Shown piece after piece: positions 59,865-64,000 of a DNA stretch of 64,000 nucleotides. Under the pieces are notes generated by a model, which saw only the letters and a list, made by a program, of their open reading frames with translations, was not told the DNA's origin and ran no database searches. Both the position numbers and the translations under genes were made by a program. The stretch is from an uncultured bacterium (GTDB lineage Bacteria > Zixibacteria > MSB-5A5 > UBA10806). Within the stretch, counting starts at the first letter, position 1, and every line of letters starts with the position of its first letter. The stretch covers positions 146,719 to 210,718 of the forward strand of contig CBEUCH010000006.1 in the NCBI GenBank assembly GCA_965541585.1, written 5' to 3'.

Positions 59865-59980
59865 ATTGGATTTGAGTTTGAGAGGCAGGGATCATACCAT
59901 GTAAAGTAGGGATGGACATGGATGATTACGGGCCATTCGGATAGGGATGGCAATCGGTAAACCGTGAAACATTTTTTAGC

Positions 59981-60009
59981 TTGACAGATATTACGCAAAA
60001 CGATATCAT
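59981..60009 (+). promoter_or_regulatory. Sigma-70 promoter of the dockerin-like gene (second copy at 61159-61187)
   Basis: TTGACA-17 nt-TATCAT in both copies. Confidence 0.65.
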
Positions 60010-60052
60010 AATTTAGATTACGTAGATAACTCTCTTTATCAGGGAGGTCGAT

Positions 60053-60379
60053 ATGAAACGAGTTATAGTATGCTTTCTTTTGGTTCTATGGCTATTCTTT
60101 GCTGGCGGCGCGGGCGCGCAAATTGCTTGTATACAGATATGGGAAGACTGCTTTTGGCAGCCTCCAAATGAGCTACCCAGTGTGATAGAAATGATCACTA
60201 TCTACAGAGGATTTATGGAGCCGGAGCATTACTGCGATTGCGGTCCCAGTGGAGATCATTTCCCGCTCTGCACCGACATTAACGGTAATTGCATTGCAAT
60301 GGAGCTTTCAGACGTTGTCCGTCTGATTGCCGCTTATCGGGGACCCTCCGGGCTAATAATGTGCCCCGACTGCTTGTGA
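60053..60379 (+). CDS. Small secreted Cys-rich dockerin-like protein (copy A)
   Basis: Signal peptide ending AGA; EF-hand-like DINGNC...SDVV; terminal CPDC; GGAGGT RBS. Confidence 0.75.
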   Translation: MKRVIVCFLLVLWLFFAGGAGAQIACIQIWEDCFWQPPNELPSVIEMITIYRGFMEPEHYCDCGPSGDHFPLCTDINGNCIAMELSDVVRLIAAYRGPSGLIMCPDCL

Positions 60380-60412
60380 GGATTTGGCAAGAAAACGGAT
60401 ATTTACTTTGAG

Positions 60413-60439
60413 TTCCCCGAATTGAAAGAATTGCGGACC
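60413..60439 (+). repeat. 27-bp direct repeat R2
   Basis: TTCCCCGAATTGAAAGAATTGCGGACC. Confidence 0.9.
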
Positions 60440-60440
60440 T

Positions 60441-60923
60441 TTAGTTTGGAGTATTCTCGTTTGAAATAAGAGCCGTATTCTCGGCTAACTGGTCGATATG
60501 AGCGACAATACGCCCATAGGTGTGGGTGTAACAGTCGTAGCAGTGTTCGTTTAAAACAAGGGAATCCATACTTATGCGGTCGATAATCAATTCAAATGGA
60601 TAGTTCTCGATGATCACTACGTAGGCGGTATCGCTCTGCCAAACTGCCTTTTTTACGACATTGTAATGCTCGTGGTAGGTCGTGGAATCATTGATCCACT
60701 CGTCATAAATTGAATTGACGTGGAAAGAAAGACCCCTATCATAATCAACGGAATCTGCATAAATATATTCCCCCGCGAAGCCGCCATTTGAATAGCGCCA
60801 CGCCCAGTCGCCGATCAGCAATTGAGCGACATCCGGCTCCGTTGGCCCTTTATCGCATCGGGCAACTGTCAGAACGCAGGCCGCGAGAACAAAAATCGCT
60901 ATCGCTCGTTTTGTGATTTTCAT
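60441..60923 (-). CDS. Hypothetical lipoprotein (lipocalin-like beta-barrel)
   Basis: Signal with lipobox-like Cys; LIGDW.W..S.GGFAG; LVL...CYDCY...Y.R. Confidence 0.75.
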   Translation of the reverse strand: MKITKRAIAIFVLAACVLTVARCDKGPTEPDVAQLLIGDWAWRYSNGGFAGEYIYADSVDYDRGLSFHVNSIYDEWINDSTTYHEHYNVVKKAVWQSDTAYVVIIENYPFELIIDRISMDSLVLNEHCYDCYTHTYGRIVAHIDQLAENTALISNENTPN

Positions 60924-61015
60924 TAGATCCCCCAAAATACAAGATTCACGATATAAGACACACCGGATAATACCATCTTTACGCGCAATTATGGTACATA
61001 ATATTTGGAATTTTA

Positions 61016-61042
61016 TTCCCCGAATTGAAAGAATTGCGAACT
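61016..61042 (+). repeat. 27-bp direct repeat R3
   Basis: TTCCCCGAATTGAAAGAATTGCGAACT. Confidence 0.9.
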
Positions 61043-61231
61043 ATGGGATTTGAGTTCGAGAGGCAGAGATCATACCATGTAAAGTAGGGATGGACATGGG
61101 TGATTATGGGCAATTCGGAGAGGGATGGCAATTGGTAAGCGATGCAACAATATTTAGCTTGACAGATATTATGCAAAACGATATCATAATTTGGATTACG
61201 TAGATAACTCTCTTTGTCGGGGGAGGTCGAT

Positions 61232-61558
61232 ATGAAACGAGTTATAGCAGGCTTTCTTTTGGTTCTATGGCTATTCCTGGCTGGCGGCGCGGGCGCGCAA
61301 CTTGATTGTCAGGAAATACGGGAATACTGCTTTTGGCAGCCTCCCCATGAGCTAACCGATGTCGTAATAATGATCGCTATGTACAGGGGATTCGATGAGC
61401 CGGAGCAATACTGCGATTGCGGTCCCAGTGGAGATCATTTCCCGCTCTGCACCGACATTAACGGTAATTGCATTGCAATGGAGCTTTCAGACGTTGTCTG
61501 TATGATGAGGGCTTTTCGGGGAGACCCCGGGCCAGGAATGTGTCCTGATTGCTATTGA
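61232..61558 (+). CDS. Small secreted Cys-rich dockerin-like protein (copy B)
   Basis: Paralog of 60053..60379, same length; GGAGGT RBS. Confidence 0.75.
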   Translation: MKRVIAGFLLVLWLFLAGGAGAQLDCQEIREYCFWQPPHELTDVVIMIAMYRGFDEPEQYCDCGPSGDHFPLCTDINGNCIAMELSDVVCMMRAFRGDPGPGMCPDCY

Positions 61559-61591
61559 GGATCTGGCACGAAAACGGATATTTACGTTGAG

Positions 61592-61618
61592 CTCCCCGAA
61601 TTGAAAGAATTGGGAACT
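61592..61618 (+). repeat. 27-bp direct repeat R4
   Basis: CTCCCCGAATTGAAAGAATTGGGAACT. Confidence 0.9.
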
Positions 61619-61672
61619 AAGAGATTTCAGATAGGAAAATATTAATTATAAGCGTAGACAAAGCATTAGTTG

Positions 61673-62011
61673 TTAATCTTCTTTTATAATTTTTATTTCA
61701 TAGTCATACCCTAAATAATCTCGGTAAGGATCATAAATAGAGACCCGACCATCGGCAAGACGGAAGTCATCGACAAATGTCCAAGACCACTGGCTTCTAT
61801 CGGATGATATATAAACTTGGACTACATCTTCATCGTCTATATAAAAACTGTAGATCTTGCAAAAACTGCCGTCGTAATCGCCATTTGCGATTATTCCAGA
61901 TAGAAGAATAGTTGTTGTACCTCTGGGCCCTTCAGGCCCTACAGGCCCTTGTTTTCCCTCGCATGCAAATGCTAAGAGTGTGATTACCAAAAGAAAGCTT
62001 AGCTTTTTCAC
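61673..62011 (-). CDS. Small lipoprotein with short collagen-like Gly-X-Y stretch
   Basis: LAFAC lipobox; GKQGPVGPEGPRG; GGAGG RBS before GTG. Confidence 0.75.
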   Translation of the reverse strand: MKKLSFLLVITLLAFACEGKQGPVGPEGPRGTTTILLSGIIANGDYDGSFCKIYSFYIDDEDVVQVYISSDRSQWSWTFVDDFRLADGRVSIYDPYRDYLGYDYEIKIIKED

Positions 62012-62250
62012 AATTCCTCCCCGGTCTTAAGTTTTACATGAAAATTGGTTTGCTGGAAGTAAATAAATAGAGGTGTTATGTATTAAGCAAGAGAATTCTT
62101 AACGCAGGGAAGGTGATGACCCAAGCCGGATCGCCTTTCTTTTTTTGGGAATGGAACCGCATCTTGATTCTGCCGCCAACGATGTAATCACAGCATAAGA
62201 TTTTCAGGAGTATATCGTGCGGCAGCTCGGGAATTTCGAGTTTGCGGCGG

Positions 62251-62589
62251 TCATTTTTCGGCCAATTTTTTAATTGTATTAGATATTTTAGCCGCACCGC
62301 CTGCAACCAAGAGTGATATATATCCGCCGAAGAAGCATATTGAGGCAGCTATTACGGCGAACCAGGAGACGCCAGACGAAGCACCGACTTCTTCTGAACC
62401 GGCCGCCAAACATATGATTGCAAGAAGGATACCGATTATAAAAGCGATAATGCCTGCGGCATAACTTTCTTTAACGAAATTATGCGGAACGTCAATTATC
62501 TCATTACACTTATCGCACTTCAGCGATTCCGAAACGAGATCATCGATTTGAATTTCTGCCCCGCATTCTTTACAATTGAATTTGAACAT
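62251..62589 (-). CDS. Zinc-ribbon membrane protein, hypothetical
   Basis: CKEC...CDKC followed by two TM helices. Confidence 0.7.
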   Translation of the reverse strand: MFKFNCKECGAEIQIDDLVSESLKCDKCNEIIDVPHNFVKESYAAGIIAFIIGILLAIICLAAGSEEVGASSGVSWFAVIAASICFFGGYISLLVAGGAAKISNTIKKLAEK

Positions 62590-62594
62590 AATTT

Positions 62595-63077
62595 TTATAT
62601 GATTTTTTCGGTTAAAAGGATTGCGCCCGATTTGGTGTCCTGATAGAGAATTTGGAAAGTAGCCAACTCCATAAGTCTATCGGTTCTATATCTAATGCCA
62701 AGTTGATAAGCGATTCCTTTTGTATAGTATAGATAGCTAAAAACCGTTATCCCTTTAGCCTCCTGCTCAGCCTCTTCATAATCATAACCCTCTATTTGTA
62801 ACATTGCATTTGTGACGATTACTTTTCTCTGTCTATTATTGGATCTGTAAAATCCCTTTTCCTTTAGATACGATTTTATCCCTGCACTATGAGCCTTAGC
62901 AGATTCAATTGTTCCGGTATAATTCGTCAGAGGGGCAGATGGAATATTAACTACTGGTATGCTCGATTTGGCTTTCGTTGGATTATATTCATATGCTTTC
63001 TTCGTCGGCGACAAATTAATAGCCACAATAAAGGCCAGCACACAAAATCCGATAAATAAAGCAATTAATTTTTTCAT
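62595..63077 (-). CDS. Hypothetical membrane-anchored protein; AT-rich
   Basis: N-terminal hydrophobic helix; GGAGG RBS. Confidence 0.65.
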   Translation of the reverse strand: MKKLIALFIGFCVLAFIVAINLSPTKKAYEYNPTKAKSSIPVVNIPSAPLTNYTGTIESAKAHSAGIKSYLKEKGFYRSNNRQRKVIVTNAMLQIEGYDYEEAEQEAKGITVFSYLYYTKGIAYQLGIRYRTDRLMELATFQILYQDTKSGAILLTEKII

Positions 63078-63133
63078 TTTGCCCTCCTGAGTTCTCTGTT
63101 AATCTTCTTTACCAGCGGGTTCAGGCAGTTCCT

Positions 63134-63161
63134 GTAGGTCGGGTTGCGGAGAAACCCGACA
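63134..63161 (+). repeat. GTAG-type REP-like hairpin
   Basis: GTAG-GTCGGGTT-GCGGAGA-AACCCGAC-A. Confidence 0.6.
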
Positions 63162-63339
63162 ATATTGATGATGGATAAAACAATGCAGGGGTAAAATAGA
63201 CTAATTGATCGGGAAATGTCAACCCATTTGAGATGCTAATGGGGTTGTCTCTAATTGCGGGCAGCCATGTAAGACGGATTCGGAAAACCGGACATCCTTA
63301 CAAGCTATTGTTAATATTTAGATTAGTGTGAAATATAAA

Positions 63340-63435
63340 GCACCCTCGTCCGGATTCGAATCAAACAGATCCTTTGGACCAATCCCGGTAAGGGGGTGTT
63401 TCATCCCGGTTTTGGCGGGACTCTACCAGCTAAGC
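63340..63435 (-). pseudogene. Degenerate tRNA-like element
   Basis: Minus strand GCTTAGCTGGTAGAG (D-arm-like), TCCCGCCAAAACCGGGA hairpin, and TTCGAATCC (T-loop-like). Confidence 0.55.
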
Positions 63436-63681
63436 CTCTGGATTCAAGAATCTTCTGATACCTCTCTTTTTTATCTTTTTCTCTTGAACCATCGCCTCTG
63501 ATCGCGAGGAAAATTCCTGTCTCCACACCAGAATCCATGGGCCCGAGAATCGTTTGGTGGTCTTCGTCGCCGTATAAGCGGGATCGTTATGCTGATCGAT
63601 ACGACGTTCCAGATCATTCGTCGACCCGCAGTAATGTCTTCCATCAGCTTCGCTTTTAAGAATGTAGGTCCAGAATGGCAT
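63430..63681 (-). CDS. Small stand-alone GIY-YIG nuclease
   Basis: WTYIL...HYCGST..LERRI.QHN, RSEAM..E..IK. Confidence 0.9.
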   Translation of the reverse strand: MPFWTYILKSEADGRHYCGSTNDLERRIDQHNDPAYTATKTTKRFSGPWILVWRQEFSSRSEAMVQEKKIKKRGIRRFLNPEA

Positions 63682-63723
63682 ATGCGGATGGATGCAAATC
63701 CTAATGGATCCTGAAATAAAAAA

Positions 63724-63796
63724 CGCCTCAGGCTGGACTCGAACCAACGACCCAGTGGTTAACAGCCACTTGCTCTGCCAACTGAGCTACTGAGGC
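63724..63796 (-). tRNA. tRNA-Asn(GTT), CCA not encoded
   Basis: Complete cloverleaf GCCTCAG..GCTC/GAGC..AGTGG CTGTTAA CCACT..GTTGG TTCGAGT CCAGC CTGAGGC G. Confidence 0.95.
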
Positions 63797-64000
63797 GTAT
63801 TCTGTTTTCACCTCAACGCCCCGGTGGTTAATCCCGCCTTCGGCGGCACTCTACCAGCTGAGCTACCGAGGAGTGTTTTTCATTCACTTTTATTTTTGTC
63901 TCGTTCTCGTCAGCGGCCCGGTGGTTAATTCCGCTTGCAGCGGAACTCTGCCAACTGAGCTACTGAGGCGTATTCTGTTTTCACCTCAACGCCCCGGTGG
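63773..64000 (-). repeat. Array of truncated tRNA-Asn-derived copies with hairpin substitutions
   Basis: Partial copies at about 63820-63872 and 63917-63969; exact 55-bp repeat at 63773-63827 and 63946-64000; continues to the window edge. Confidence 0.85.

Larger units (their letters stand above)
59838..61618 (+). repeat. Duplicated unit of about 600 bp (59838-60439 and 61016-61618) carrying a promoter and a small gene
   Basis: Highly similar along its length by eye, offset 1178-1179; includes a 90-bp identical block. Confidence 0.92.

Noticed and set aside
60053..61558. Paralog pair as DGR template and variable repeats
   Set aside because: Differences are not adenine-specific, both copies are full genes, and no reverse transcriptase is in the window
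59838..61618. 27-bp repeats as a CRISPR array or integron attC sites
   Set aside because: Intervals are about 550-580 bp and contain genes; no cas genes; no RYYYAAC/GTTRRRY palindromic attC structure
62076..62306. 76-aa ORF
   Set aside because: Overlaps the neighbouring gene and has no recognisable features; possibly a remnant

Overview
Bacterial chromosomal window, roughly 50% GC by eye, with several AT-rich inserts. Four secreted proteins carry an 'NYPNPFN' C-terminal sorting (FlgD-Ig/T9SS-A-like) domain and two small proteins are dockerin-like, which suggests an FCB-related lineage such as Zixibacteria (inference). Core genes include an M16 peptidase pair, acs, an S9 peptidase, transporters, tag, dppA, murQ, a chloride channel, thpR-recA-recX, hutH, uvrA, a duplicated type IV minor-pilin locus and tRNA-Asn. 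Most interesting: (1) an AT-rich, translationally coupled operon of dGTPase, N-terminally truncated RlmN/Cfr-type radical SAM enzyme and NT5C-type HAD phosphatase, with its own promoter upstream of thpR-recA, a candidate nucleotide-modifying or anti-phage system; (2) a cassette-like array at 58.3-61.6 kb, where genes are separated by a 27-bp direct repeat about every 0.6 kb, including two diversified dockerin-like mini-proteins; (3) a GIY-YIG nuclease embedded among tRNA-derived, hairpin-substituted repeats; (4) a coupled PRTase-DprA pair; (5) a 40-bp duplicated dinB 3' end bounding a 2.2-kb insert; (6) a candidate LexA box over the recA promoter. All calls come from motif reading only; no searches were run.
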